Of a stretch of DNA of 64,000 bases, positions 21,643-34,612 are shown piece after piece; the stretch's first letter is position 1, and every line of letters begins with the position of its first letter. Source of the stretch: Macrostomum lignano (taxonomy: Eukaryota); assembly GCA_002269645.1 (NCBI GenBank), contig NIVC01003513.1, positions 1-64,000 of the forward strand. The letters run 5' to 3'. Below the pieces are notes generated by a model. That model did no database searches. It worked only from the letters and a program-made list of their open reading frames with translations, and was not told where the DNA came from. A program made the position numbers and the translations under genes.

Positions 21643-24600
21643 ACAGGCAGGCAGTTTGACAATTTGCAGACTGTTGGTGCCTCTCCGGCTGACGATCAGC
21701 CTCCGTCCAGCTTCATCATAGGCCAGGCCGTCGATGAGCAGCCGCGGCTGGTGCCAGCAGCCGGTGCAGCCGGCGAAGCAGCGGCCGCAGCGGCAGCGAC
21801 ACCTGACGGTGGCGAGCAGCAGCCAGGCCGAGCCGCGACGCTGAAGCACTCGAATGCCGTTCGACGGGACGCCCTCCTGGCCGCCGCCGCCGCCGCCCGC
21901 CGCTGAAGGGACCTCCCGGCCAGCCAGGAACAGCAGGCAGCTGCAGCAGCTGCTGTCTGCTGTCCGTTTGTCGTTAAAAAGTTGTGTAGCTATAAACCCT
22001 AATCCGTGTAGCTATAAACCCTAATCAGTGTAGCTATAAACTCTGATCCGTGTATTGTAGCTATAAACCCTAATCAGTGTAGCTATAAACCCTAATCAGT
22101 GTAGCTATAAACCCTAATCCGTGTAGCTATAAACCCTAATCCATGTGGCTATAAACCCTAATCCATGTAGCTATAAACTTTAATCCGTGTAGCTATAAAC
22201 CCTAATCCGTGTAGCTATAAACCCTGATCCGTGTAGCTATAAACCCTAATCCGTGTAGCCATAAACCCTAATCAGTGTAGCTATAAACCCTAGTCCGTGT
22301 AGCTATAAACCCTAATCCGTGTGGCTATAAACCCTAATCCATGTGGCTATAAACCCTAATCCATGTAGCTATGAACCCTCATCCGTGCAGCTATAAACCC
22401 TAATCCGTGCAGCTATAAACCCTAATCCGTGCAGCTATAAAACCTAATCCGTGCAGCTATAAACCCTAATCCGTGCAGCTATAAACCCTAATCCGTGTAG
22501 CTATAAACTCTAATCCGTGCAGCTATAAACCCTAATCCGTGTAGCTATAAACTCTAATCATTGCAGCTATAAACACTAATTTGTGTAGCTATAAACTCTA
22601 ATCCATGCAGCTATAAACTCTAATCCGTGCAGCTATAAACCCTAATCCGTGCAGCTATAAACTCTAATCCGTGCAGCTATGTTTCTAAGAAACAAAGCCC
22701 CGCAGCGCATACCCTTCTCCCTGCGGCAGCCGCAGCTGGCAGTCATGGCCGAGCAGTCCGCCAGGCCGAACTCCCCAGAGTCCAGCTGACCATCAGCGGG
22801 CACGTCGCATGGCTGTCCGGCTGCCTCTCCGCCGCCGGAAGTGCCTAGCGCCGAAACGGCGCGGCGAAACCGGCGCAGCAGTTGACGCCGATCCAGCGCC
22901 GAGACGCCGTGGCGATGCAGAATCAGGATGAAGCTGCTAGGGCTGCCGTCTGAGCTGACGGCTGCGACTGCGCAGCGAAGGCCCGCGATGGAGCGGCCAG
23001 AGATGGCGGACACTGAGCCCAGGCTGGACAGACGGTCGGACTGGTCCCAGCCGAGCACCTGCCGTGCGGATTCGAGCCCCGAACCTTTGCGCTGTTACTC
23101 CTGCCTGTTGTGTCTGCTAGCTACTCAACCATGTCTGTTGTGTCTGCAAGCTACTCAAACATGTCTGTTGTGTGTCTGCAAGCTACTCAATTCAGTCTTT
23201 TGTGTGTCTGCCAGCTACTCAATCCAGAATGTTGTGTCTGCTAGCTACTCAATCCTGTCTGTTGTGTGTCCGCTAACTACTCAATCCAGTGTGTTGTGTG
23301 TCTGCTAGCTACTCAATCCTGTCTGTTGTGTGTCCGCTAGCTACTCTATCCAGTCTGTTGTGTGTCTGCCAGCTACTCAATCCAGTCTGTTGTGTGTCTG
23401 CCAGCTACTCAATTCAGTCTGTTGTGTGTCTGCTAGCTACTCAATTCAGTCTGTTGTGTGTCTGCCAGCTACTCAATTCAGTCTGTTGTGTGTCTGCTAG
23501 CTACTCAATCCAGTCTGTTGTGTGTCTGCTAGCTACTCAATCCAGTCTGTTGTGTGTCTGCCAGCTACTCAATTCAGTCTGTTGTGTGTCTGCTAGCTAC
23601 TCAATTCAGTCTGTTGTGTGTCTGCCAGCTACTCAATTCAGTCTGTTGTGTGTCTGCTAGCTACTCAATTCAGTCTGTTGTGTGTCTGCCAGCTACTCAA
23701 TTCAGTCTGTTGTGTGTCTGCTAGCTACTCAATTCAGTCTGTTGTGTGTCTGCCAGCTACTCAATTCAGTCTGTTGTGTGTCTGCTAGCTACTCAATTCA
23801 GTCTGTTGTGTGTCTGCCAGCTACTCAATTCAGTCTGTTGTGTGTCTGCCAGCTACTCAATCAAATCTGTTGTGTGTCTGGCAGCTACTCAATCCAATCT
23901 TTTGTGTCTGCTGCCAGAGCTACTCAGAGGATTGAGAGGTACTCAATCCAGTCTGTTGTGTGTCTGCTAGCTACTCAATTCAGTCTGTTGTGTGTCTGCT
24001 AGGCACTCAATCCAGTCTGTTGTGTGTCTGCCAGCTACTCAATTCAGTCTGTTGTGTGTCTGCCAGCTACTCAATCAAATCTGTTGTGTGTCTGGCAGCT
24101 ACTCAATCCAATCTTTTGTGTCTGCTGCCAGAGCTACTCAGAGGATTGAGAGGTACTCAATCCAGTCTGTTGTGTGTCTGCTAGCTACTCAATTCAGTCT
24201 GTTGTGTGTCTGCTAGGCACTCAATTCAGTCTGTTGTGTGTCTGCTAGGCACTCAATCCAGTCTGTTGTGTGTCTGCCAGCTACTCTATTCAGTCTGCTG
24301 TGTGTCCGCTAGCTACTCAATCCAGTGTGTTGTTTGTCTGCTAGCTACTCAATCTAATGTGTTGTGTGTCTGCAAGCTACTCAATCCAATGTGTTGTGTG
24401 TCTGCAAGCTACTCAATTCAGTCTGTTGTGCGTCTGCCAGCTACTCAAGCCAGAAATTTGTATCCTCCCACTCTCCTCAACGGTTGTGTTCGCTGCTTGC
24501 TCACCAGCAGTCCAGTGCCATCCCTGGTGGAGACCAGCGCCAGTTCCTCATCCGCCCACAAGCACTTGGGTCTGCTGCAATCTCTGTAAGTCTGCACGCA

Positions 24601-26322
24601 GCGGCCGGTGGACAAATCCACCACGTGAAGCCGATCTCGGTAGCGATCTGCTGCTAGAAGATGCCGCTGCTCCTGCCCGTGCCGCCGCAGGCACAGGCTG
24701 GTGAGAGTTCGATCTTGTCTGAGTCCTTCGATTTGTAGGCTGGCGAGATGCTGGCCCGTGTCCGAGTCCACCGCCTCCACCTTTTCAATTTAAGTTGGAG
24801 ATTGGCGCATTACGATCTAGTCTCATTTCTCACCAATAGCAGACTCCGTATTGTTGCTTTTCCCCATCAATTATCATCTATGGGCACCTGCCCTCAGTTT
24901 CCAATCGGATCTAGTCTCATTTCTCACCGGATCTAGTCTCATTTCTCACCGGATCTAGTCTCATTTCTCACCGGATCTAGTCTCATTTCTCACCGGATCT
25001 AGTCTCATTTCTCACCGGATCTAGTCTCATTTCTCACCGGATCTAGTGTCAATTTCTCATCGAATCTAGTCTCATTTCTCGCCGGATCTAGTCTCAGTTC
25101 CCCATCGGATCTAGTCTCAGTTTCCCATCTGATCTAGTCTCAGTTCCCCATCGGATCTAGTCTCAGTTTCCAATCGGATCTATTCTCATTTCTCATCGAA
25201 TCTAGTCTCATTTCTCACCGGATCTAGTCTCATTTCTCACCGGATCTAGTCTCAATATCTCACCGGATCTAGTCTCAGTTTCCCATCGGATCTAGTCTCA
25301 GTTTCCCATCGGATCTAGTCTCAGTTCCCCATCGGATCTAGTCTCAGTTTCCCATCGGATCTAGTCTCAGTTCCCCATCGGATCTAGTCTCAGTTCCCCA
25401 TCGGATCTAGTCTCAGTTTCCAATCGGATCTATTCTCATTTCTCATCGAATCTAGTCTCATTTCTCACCGGATCTAGTCTCATTTCTCACCAGATCTAGT
25501 CTCAGTTCCCCATCGGATCTAGTCTCAGTTCCCCATCGGATCTAGTCTCAGTTCCCCATCGGATCTAGTCTTAGTTCCCCATCGGATCTAGTCTCAGTTC
25601 CCCATCGGATCTAGTCTCAGTTTCCCATCTGATCTAGTCTCAGTTCCCCATTGGATCTAGTCTCAGTTCCCCATCGGATCTAGTCTCAGTTTCCCATCTG
25701 ATCTAGTCTCAGTTCCCCATCGGATCTAGTCTCAGTTCCCCATCGGATCTAGTCTCAGTTTCCCATCTGATCTAGTCTCAGTTCCCCATCGGATCTAGTC
25801 TCAGTTCCCCATCGGATCTAGTCTCAGTTTCCCATCTGATCTGGTCTCGCACCAAAACAGTCTCTTCCCCACCTGCTGATTGTTCCAGTCTCGCCGCAGG
25901 CAGAGCACAGCCCGCCGCTTGGCCAGGTACTCGGGCGAATAGCAGGGCTCCCACAGTTCCAGCTGGCGCACCTGCGGCCTGTGGCTTCCACCAGCTGATT
26001 GCTTAGACGAAGCCAACAGTGTCCGCTGCTGCTGCGATGCCAGGTGCGCCAGCAGCCGGCCGATGCCTTCAACAGCGGCCGCGGCGTCGGCGGGCAGCCC
26101 GTCCGGCTTCTCCCGACAAGCCACTCCGCAGGTCGGGCAGACAACTCGACCGTTGGTTGCTAGGCGCCAGCGATTTGCGTAGCAACCAATGCAGACGGCG
26201 TGGCCGCAAGCCGGCAAGCGCCGGACTTCCGTTGAGGATGTCAGCGCCGACCGAGTCCAGTCGGTGTCGCAGATGGGGCACCGAGCAGCGGCTCTGGCAG
26301 CGGCAACTGCCTGTGACAGCAT
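21631..26322 (-). CDS. RING-finger E3 ligase with a C-terminal NHL-like beta-propeller (malin/TRIM-NHL-like, no B-box seen); 4 coding exons, about 466-477 aa
   Basis: Exons (minus) 26322-25873, 24780-24505, 23058 (or 23091)-22713, 21959-21631; GT-AG and phase-consistent. RING: CPIC..LPACGHAVCIGC..VVCPTC. Propeller-like strands: HLLAADRYRDRLHVVDL, PKCLWADEELALVST, NGIRVL, IDGLAYDEAGRRLIVSRRGTNSLQIV. Confidence 0.78.
22005..22680. repeat. 22-bp minisatellite (TAGCTATAAACCCTAATCCGTG)n filling RING intron 3
   Basis: Directly visible. Confidence 0.95.
23100..24450. repeat. 32-bp minisatellite (GCTACTCAATTCAGTCTGTTGTGTGTCTGCTA)n filling RING intron 2, with a duplicated ~214-bp block
   Basis: Directly visible; the AGAGGATTGAGAGG variant occurs twice, near 23926 and 24140. 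Confidence 0.95.
24875..25846. repeat. 23-24-bp minisatellite (GGATCTAGTCTCAGTTCCCCATC)n filling RING intron 1
   Basis: Directly visible. Confidence 0.95.
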
Positions 26323-26364
26323 GCTGAGCGGGGTGCGGTGGATACTAGGGCAGACGCTAAGACG

Positions 26365-26855
26365 GACACTAAGTCCCTAGGATAGACACTAAGTCCCTAG
26401 GATAGACACTAAGTCCCTAGGATAGACACTAAGTCCCTAGGATAGACACTAAGTCCCTAGGATAGACACTAAGTCCCTAGGATAGACACTAAGTCCCTAG
26501 GATAGACACTAAGTCCCTAGGATAGACACTAAGTCCCTAGGATAGACACTAAGTCCCTAGGATAGACACTAAGTCCCTAGGATAGACACTAAGTCCCTAG
26601 GATAGACACTAAGTCCCTAGGATAGACACTAAGTCCCTAGGATAGACACTAAGTCCCTAGGATAGACACTAAGTCCCTAGGATAGACACTAAGTCCCTAG
26701 GATAGACACTAAGTCCCTAGGATAGACACTAAGTCCCTAGGATAGACACTAAGTCCCTAGGATAGACACTAAGTCCCTAGGATAGACACTAAGTCCCTAG
26801 GATAGACACTAAGTCCCTAAGACAGACACTAAGACCCTAAGACAGACACTAAGAC
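26365..26855. repeat. Essentially perfect 20-bp minisatellite (CTAGGATAGACACTAAGTCC)n, about 23 copies
   Basis: Directly visible; it lies in a probable 5' intron of the RING gene. Confidence 0.96.
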
Positions 26856-26917
26856 TTTAAGACACAGTATTAGACACTGTGTACACTGAGACAGGTATTT
26901 GAGATCAGAAGACTCAC

Positions 26918-26943
26918 CTGTGATATTGAAGTGATTCCCAATC
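26918..26943 (-). other. Putative 26-nt upstream (5'-UTR or coding) micro-exon of the RING gene
   Basis: On minus: TTTTAATTTAG|GATTGG...TCACAG|GTGAGT, with an acceptor CTCAG| one base before the ATG at 26322. Confidence 0.5.
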
Positions 26944-27299
26944 CTAAATTAAAAGTGTTTCTTTTTCAACATGAGCAAGCAATCTTAAGATAAAACTGAG
27001 AACACGGGTGGCGCATACGTTTTGGGCTGCTCTTCCACAACTTTTTGCCTTTTGGTTGCGTGCTGCATTGAGTCTGATAAGGTTGCGCTTACACAGCTCA
27101 TTGTCATAGCAACAGTGGGCATGACTGTTCAAAGTGTACAACAAGAACAGAGAATGTATAATGAACTGGCAACTCGTGTTTTGGTCTAGTTTTCGTTTGC
27201 CAGTCACCTTTGCCGAGCATGTTTTACTGCAGTTTAAACTCATCAGATTCCCCTCTGCCTACTTAGGACTGCTGTTAGTAGTCTCATTTGATTATTAAT

Positions 27300-27775
<476 letters not shown>

Positions 27776-28777
27776 TCTCTACAGGAGTTATAAAAACAAG
27801 AGCCGGCAGTGAATAAGCGCATTAGCACATTTCAGCCGTGCAGCCTCAGCCTAGCGGCAGGCCAGTAAAATCGGTGTTAAATGCCAGCAGGCCACAGCAA
27901 TAGCAAGGCGTGAATGCGGCTGAAGAAGTGTAGCGCAGTGATGCAGAGGCGGCCCCGGTAGATGGATGGCGGGGTTGGCTGTCAACTCTAGCTTCCCCAT
28001 GGAAGCCCCCGAGGTCCTCACTCTCTCCATCTTGTCTGCCCCCCCCTTGCCCTCCGGCGGCAGCCCCCCTCAGCTGCCGGGCAGTCGCCAGTCTGTCTAG
28101 GGGAGTTTTTGCCGTCCGCTAAAGGAAGCAAAAGAAACTGAAGCAAGCAAAGAACAAAAATTTTGCTTTTAGAAGCCAGGCGGCACTATTTTCTTTTATT
28201 GTTTTTTGTTCCGCCGATAATTTTCTGCTTGCATATAAAGTGCCAGTCCAAGCAATATAGCTGCCAAACAACACAGCAGTTGAAATCACTTTACAGCCAC
28301 TCAGTTAGGCAAATCTGGCCGGCAAAAACTCCTTTGTCTGCTACACTGCAGAAGTAAACGTGTAAGAGTGCTATTCGGGTAAGACAGGGTCTTCCGTACA
28401 GATTTCACCCTCGGATGAAGCAACATACCAACTTGCTTCATCTTAAATTCGGAGGCTGCGAGATACGATTTAGCGGTTAAAAAAAACTGAAGACTTCTGA
28501 ACTGAAGACTTCTGAAGAAACTGAAGACTCTTTGAAACTCCTTGAAAAAATCAGAGATTAATAATTCAGATTAGCCACAGGAACAGCACTGATAGAATCT
28601 TGGACACTGGCTCAGGCTTTACACCTTTGGGAAGAGAATTATGAAACTAGGGGGGGGGGGACACATTCCAGAGTCCATGCTGGGAGGGATGAGGGGAGAG
28701 AGAGAGTGAAACACGATATGATAGAAGGTTCCAGAAGTAACAGTTGTTGCCTCGCGTAAATAGGGGGGCATTAGATT

Positions 28778-28817
<40 letters not shown>

Positions 28818-30371
28818 CTACCGAGGCGTTAAAATAGAATTGTTGTTCAACGCTTCCCCCGCTGCCGTCAACTTTTTTTCGTTTCTTTTTTCTTCTTCTT
28901 CTTCTTCTCTGGCCGGGCAAAGTCCGGATGCGTTGGGGATCGCTGGTGTAGCAACCAAGCTGCTCGGCAGCTGTTCAAGCATGCAGCGAATCCCTGGAAA
29001 GACAGGAATACACCTATAAATATCTGTATCTATGCAACCGGAGGTGCAGCATATGATGGCAATGAAAATTAATGTATTTACATAGCGGAGATGGACATGG
29101 ACAACTAAATAATGGAATAAATTATAGCGTCCTTCTGATTTATAGTTGCTGTCGTTTGGATGTGGGAGAGTTCGAACTCGCGACCATCTACTTCAATACA
29201 TTAGATGTTTCAATACAACTATCTATACGATTTCCTCAGCCATGGAGCTCTAAAGCTAGACACATGGATTGGAATTTTGGATTCGTTAGACTTGAAATCG
29301 TTTTTCTTAACTTTTCAACGACCGCTCTGAAAAAAGTCAGAGAAAGTCAATGAGTCTCTAAATCCAGACGAAATTAATATTAGTAATCCACGGCCCCAAA
29401 GCAACTCAGAAATCCAGTATGTAGTTTTTTTACACGCTCCTTTTCACAAACAAAATCCTTGCGAAAATTTGATATTAAAAACTGGTTCTTATCCTTTATT
29501 TTAGGGCATAATTTTCACGCAGTTTTAAACAACTCCTCTTTTTTAAGTGCCTCTCATTAGAAAATAACGTTAGAAGAAATCCTCATTCTTTTCGTCTTAA
29601 TATTGATAATTAAAAAACACAAACTGGGGAAGGCAGTGCTGGTTAGGGCCATGATTGCGCAATCTGCACTGGGCAGAGTGGCCAAAGTTAAATATTTGAG
29701 TCACATATTGATTTCAAGAGTCTGAGCTGGTTGCTAAGCGGACACGAAAGCCGTGCTGTTTCCAACCTGAGCACCTCTCGCAAATGTTTGCAATAGAGAA
29801 TCTCATCTATAGCCAGGATTATACAAAACTCTGCAGCTCTGCCCCCGGGGGGAAGAGGTTTAGCGCTGAAATTGAAATTTATATGGCCTTGTCAGGCTCT
29901 CATAGCAGCTTCACACCCATTGCTCATCTTCATCTGTCCAAGTCTGAGATCACCCTTGTAGCAGAATGTTTTCGAACCCCTAAAGCAGACCACATCGACT
30001 GGAACAAACTTTGGGATTAATCTCTCGAGCTTTCGTTTCAGTCTGTCCGAAGTTAGTCCCTGGCGGGCCATCACTTGAGCAGAGCTCATCTCAACTTTTT
30101 ACGACTCTGTCTAAATAGCCGACCGAAATTTTTCTACCGACGAGGAGAATTCGAGAGAAGTTTATGCAGGGGGATAGCGATGACTGGAGGGAATCAAATA
30201 CTGGGGAGGGGGTGTTCGATGGGTGACTACGAGGGTAGCTATGCCAATTTCGCTGGTGTGAAAATTGGGCTGGGAGAGCCGGGATATGAAAAATCGATAT
30301 GGGGACAGAATGGATTGCTAGAGTATGCTGTAGGGGCTGCCCAGCTTGAAGAGTTACTTGTAAAGTGAGTA

Positions 30372-31488
30372 GCAGAGTGATCCAGGGAGTGACTGGGAGA
30401 GTGATCTGTAGAGTGACTGGGAAAGTGATCTGTAGAGTGACTGGGAGAGTGATCTGTAGAGTGACTGAGAGAGTGATCTGTAGAGTGACTGGGAGAGTGA
30501 CCTATAGAGTGACTGGGAGAGTGACCTATAGAGTGACTGAAAGAGTGATCTGTAGAGTGACTGGGAGAGTGACCTATAGAGTGACTGGGAGAGCGATCTA
30601 TAGAGTGACTGGGAGAGTGATCTATAGAGTGACTGGGAGAGTGACCTATAGAGTGACTGGGAGAGTGACCTATAGAGTGACTGGGAGAGTGATCTGTAGA
30701 GTGACTGGGAGAGTGACCTATAGAGTGACTGGGAGAGCGATCTATAGAGTGACTGAGAGAGTGATCTATAGAGTGACTGGGAGAGTGATCTATAGAGGGA
30801 TTGGGAGAGTGACCTATAGAGTGACTGGGAGAGTGATCTATAGTGTAATTGGGAGAGTGATCTATAGAGTGACTGGGAGAGTGATCTATAGAGTGACTGA
30901 GAGAGTGATCTATAGAGTGACTGGGAGAGTGATCTGTAGAGTGACTGGGAGAGTGACCTGTAGAGTGATTGGGAGAGTGACCTATAGAGTGATTGGGAGA
31001 GTGACCTATAGAGTGACTGGGAGAGTGATCTATAGAGTGACTGAGAGAGTGACCTATAGAGTGACTGGGAGAGTGACCTATAGAGTGACTGGGAGAGTGA
31101 TCTATAGAGTGACTGAGAGAGTGATCTATAGAGTGACTGGGAGAGTGATCTATAGAGTGACTGGGAGAGTGATCTATAGAGTGATTGGGAGAGTGACCTA
31201 TAGAGTGACTGGGAGAGTGACCTATAGAGTGATTGGGAGAGTGACCTATAGAGTGACTGGGAGAGTGATCTATAGAGTGACTGAGAGAGTGATCTATAGA
31301 GTGACTGGGAGAGTGATCTATAGAATGACTGGGAGAGCGATCTATAGAGTGACTGAGAGAGTGATCTATAGAGTGACTGAGAGAGTGACCTATAGAGTGA
31401 CTGGGAGAGTGACCTATAGAGTGACTGGGAGAGTGACCTATAGAGTGACTGGGAGAGTGATCTGTAGAGTGACTGGGAGAGTGATCTG
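30372..31488. repeat. 24-bp minisatellite (GAGTGACTGGGAGAGTGATCTATA)n
   Basis: Directly visible; a unit divisible by 3 explains the 394-aa RVTGRVIY ORF. Confidence 0.96.
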
Positions 31489-32170
31489 TAATTTCAATAA
31501 AACCTCATTTGGCCTAAGATCTTTAGTGAGAAAATTTGCATGCGAGTGATCTTACAGTGAACCGCAAACCAAAAAGCAAAGGAACTCTGTGATACAAGCA
31601 CAGAGACCCTGAGAGGCCCAGCAGAGAGAACAAAGAGTTTCCCTGGGTTGGCTTTTGTACCGGATGAGCTGACACCCTTCAATGAGCAACTCGTGCTTCT
31701 GAATGACCACACAGAGCTACCTGGGCCCCACAATATGCAGGAATTTGTGCCAGCCCACCTGCCGAGATCTCAGACGGACTCAAAAAGTCATTGTCGTTCA
31801 ACTTCATTCGTTTTAGTTTTTTATTGGCTCTTTTAGTGTTGCTGCTGAGATCAACGGGCGTGTACAGAAATTGGGAAGCTGTGGCAGCTGCTTCATCCCA
31901 TGGGAACATGGCATCCCCTATCCCCTATAATACCCGGACAATGAAAAAATCAAGTCTTGCGTTGGAAAAGAATATCCCGTGAAAATCTGCTTCTTGAAAA
32001 AAACTGGTGCCAAGAATTCTAAAGAACCGCAAGTGAAATTCTCAAGATTTTTTTGGCCAAGAAGTTTGATCAGCCAGTTTAACAAGTCTGACAATGAACG
32101 AATGCAATTGTTAAACACGCGGAACTGTTAAACCAAGTATTGGGGATAAATGTGTCTGGGTGAAAACTTT

Positions 32171-33180
32171 GGATGTCAGGAGCGTGAAGTTAGGATGTCA
32201 GGAGCGTGAAGTTAGGATGTCAGGAGCGTGAAGTTAGGATGTCAGGAGCGTGAAGTTAGGATGTCAGGAGCGTGAAGTTAGGATATCAAGAGCGTGAAGA
32301 TAGGATATCAGGAGCATGAAGATAGGATGTCAGGAGCGTGAAGATAGGATGTCAGGAGCATGAAGATAGGATGTCAGGAGCATGAAGATAGGATGTCAGG
32401 AGCATGAAGATAGGATATCAGGAGCATGAAGTTAGGATGTCAGGAGCATGAAGATAGGATATCAGGAGCATGAAGATAGGATATCAGGAGCATGAAGTTA
32501 GGATATCAGGAGCATGAAGATAGGATATCAGGAGCGTGAAGATAGGATATCAGGAGCGTGAAGTTAGGATGTCAGGAGCATGAAGTTAGGATGTCAGGAG
32601 CATGAAGTTAGGATGTCAAGAGCGTGAAGTTAGGATATCAGGAGCGTGAAGATAGGATGTCAGGAGCGTGAAGTTAGGATGTCAGGAGCATGAAGATAGG
32701 ATGTCAGGAGCATGAAGTTAGGATGTCAGGAGCATGAAGTTAGGATGTCAAGAGCGTGAAGTTAGGATGTCAGGAGCGTGAAGATAGGATGTCAAGAGCG
32801 TGAAGTTAGGATGTCAGGAGCGTGAAGTTAGGATGTCAGGAGCGTGAAGTTAGGATATCAGGAGCATGAAGTTAGGATATCAGGAGCGTGAAGTTAGGAT
32901 GTCAGGAGCGTGAAGTTAGGATGTCAGGAGCGTGAAGTTAGGATATCAGGAGCGTGAAGTTAGGATATCAGGAGCATGAAGTTAGGATATCAGGAGCGTG
33001 AAGTTAGGATGTCAGGGGCGTGAAGTTAGGATGTCAGGAGCGTGAAGTTAGGATGTCAGGGGCGTGAAGTTAGGATGTCAGGAGCGTGAAGTTAGGATGT
33101 CAAGAGCGTGAAGTTAGGATGTCAGGAGCGTGAAGTTAGGATGTCAGGAGCGTGAAGTTAGGATGTCAGGAGCGCCAAAT
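32171..33180. repeat. 22-bp minisatellite (GGATGTCAGGAGCGTGAAGTTA)n
   Basis: Directly visible, with a diverged tail extending to about 33350. Confidence 0.95.
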
Positions 33181-33364
33181 CAAGGATGTCAGGAGCCCCA
33201 TATTAAGGGTATCAGTAGCACAATATTAAGGGTGTCAGGTGCCCCAAATTAAGGGTGTCAGGAACGCCAAATCAAGAGTGTCAGGAACGCCAAATCAAGA
33301 GTGTCAGGATCGCCTATCGAGGGTGTCAGAACCGCAAATTTGAGGGCGTCAGTGCCGCGACAGT

Positions 33365-33672
33365 TACAACGCATTCTTACAGAACAGCCTATATATGAAC
33401 AGAGGCTCATTGCGCAGGCCCTATACTCAGCATTGGAAGTCTCCGAGCACAGGCAGACAAAGAGCTGACTGCGTGTTGATAGACAGTCATTGAGATGTGC
33501 AATAACCGGTCTGATGGGGAAGCCTCAAGAGGCTGACATGAGTGCCACCGTGAGAGCACTGAAACAGCGGCTTGACCGCTGGGTCTCCCCACCAGTCCAG
33601 TCCACTTGGGTCCCTCCGCATTGCCTCCGAATGCATTGTTTCAAACAGCTTGACGACAGGATGCGGTCTTAA
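33365..33672 (+). mobile_element. Decayed, internally deleted 3' end of a CR1/L2-type LINE
   Basis: Frameshifted remnants YEQRL..., R.RAD... and ATVRALKQRLD resemble the CR1 ORF2 C-terminus (YEERL..L.L.SLE.RR.R.D ... FK.RLD). Its 3' UTR recurs at 34114-34157. Confidence 0.5.
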
Positions 33673-34155
33673 ATTAGTGTGACTCCTTGAGCAGCGCGTC
33701 CTTGCCTCCGGGGCGAGGGGCCGCCCAGAAACCAATGTATATATATACATCAGATATGTATAATAATAGCGCGAAGGCGAACGGGCCGGTGACACAATTG
33801 TGAACTCATCATCGAACTTCAATAAAATGCTTTACTTGAGCACAAGTGAGCAGCGACCCAATAATAATGTGTATAACTCAATCTTTTATCCATTCCACCC
33901 ACCCTGAAGCTCACTCAGGCCTGACAGGTGTGCGAGTGGAGCTATTAAGCCTTCAAACTCGGCCTTCTCACAAGCCCTTTGAAAATTTCTTTACGCGACC
34001 ACGAAAAACAGTTCTTTTCCTATCCGCTCAGCCAGGGAGACTCTGGAATGAGATTCTGGAGCGCTAACTCTTCCCCATCAAAACCGGTGTCCAGTTTCTA
34101 CTTAAGAGCGCCTCCAAATGCATTGTTTTAAACAGCTTGACGAAAGAATGCAGTC

Positions 34156-34612
34156 TTTATCCTTATCCTTATCTTCCATCCTTATCCTTATCTTCCATCC
34201 TTATCCTTATCGTCCATCCTTATCTTAATCTTCCATCTTTATCCTTATCTTCCATCCTTATCCTTATCTTCCATCCTTATCTTAATCTTCCATCTTTATC
34301 CTATCTTCCATCTTTATCAGTTTATTCCATCCTTATCTTCCATCTTTATCCTTATCTTCTATCTTTATCCTTATCTTCCATCTTTGTCTTCCATCTTTAT
34401 CCTTATCTTCCATCTTTGTCTTCCATCTTTATCCTTATCTTCCATCTTTGTCTTCCATCTTTATCCTTATCTTCCATCCTTATCCTTATCTTCCATCCTT
34501 ATCCTTATCTTCCATCTTTATCCTTATCTTCCATCCTTATCCTTATCTTCCATCCTTATCCTTATCTTCCATCCTTATCCTTATCTTCCATAGTTATCCT
34601 TATCTTCAAATC
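34156..34612. repeat. (CTTATC/CTTCCATC)n compound microsatellite
   Basis: Directly visible; it starts immediately after the second LINE-like 3' end. Confidence 0.93.

Noticed and set aside
30365-31549. 394-aa ORF of RVTGRVIY repeats
   Set aside because: A 24-bp unit without stops in one frame; no unique domain; variants are not biased to synonymous sites as far as visible.
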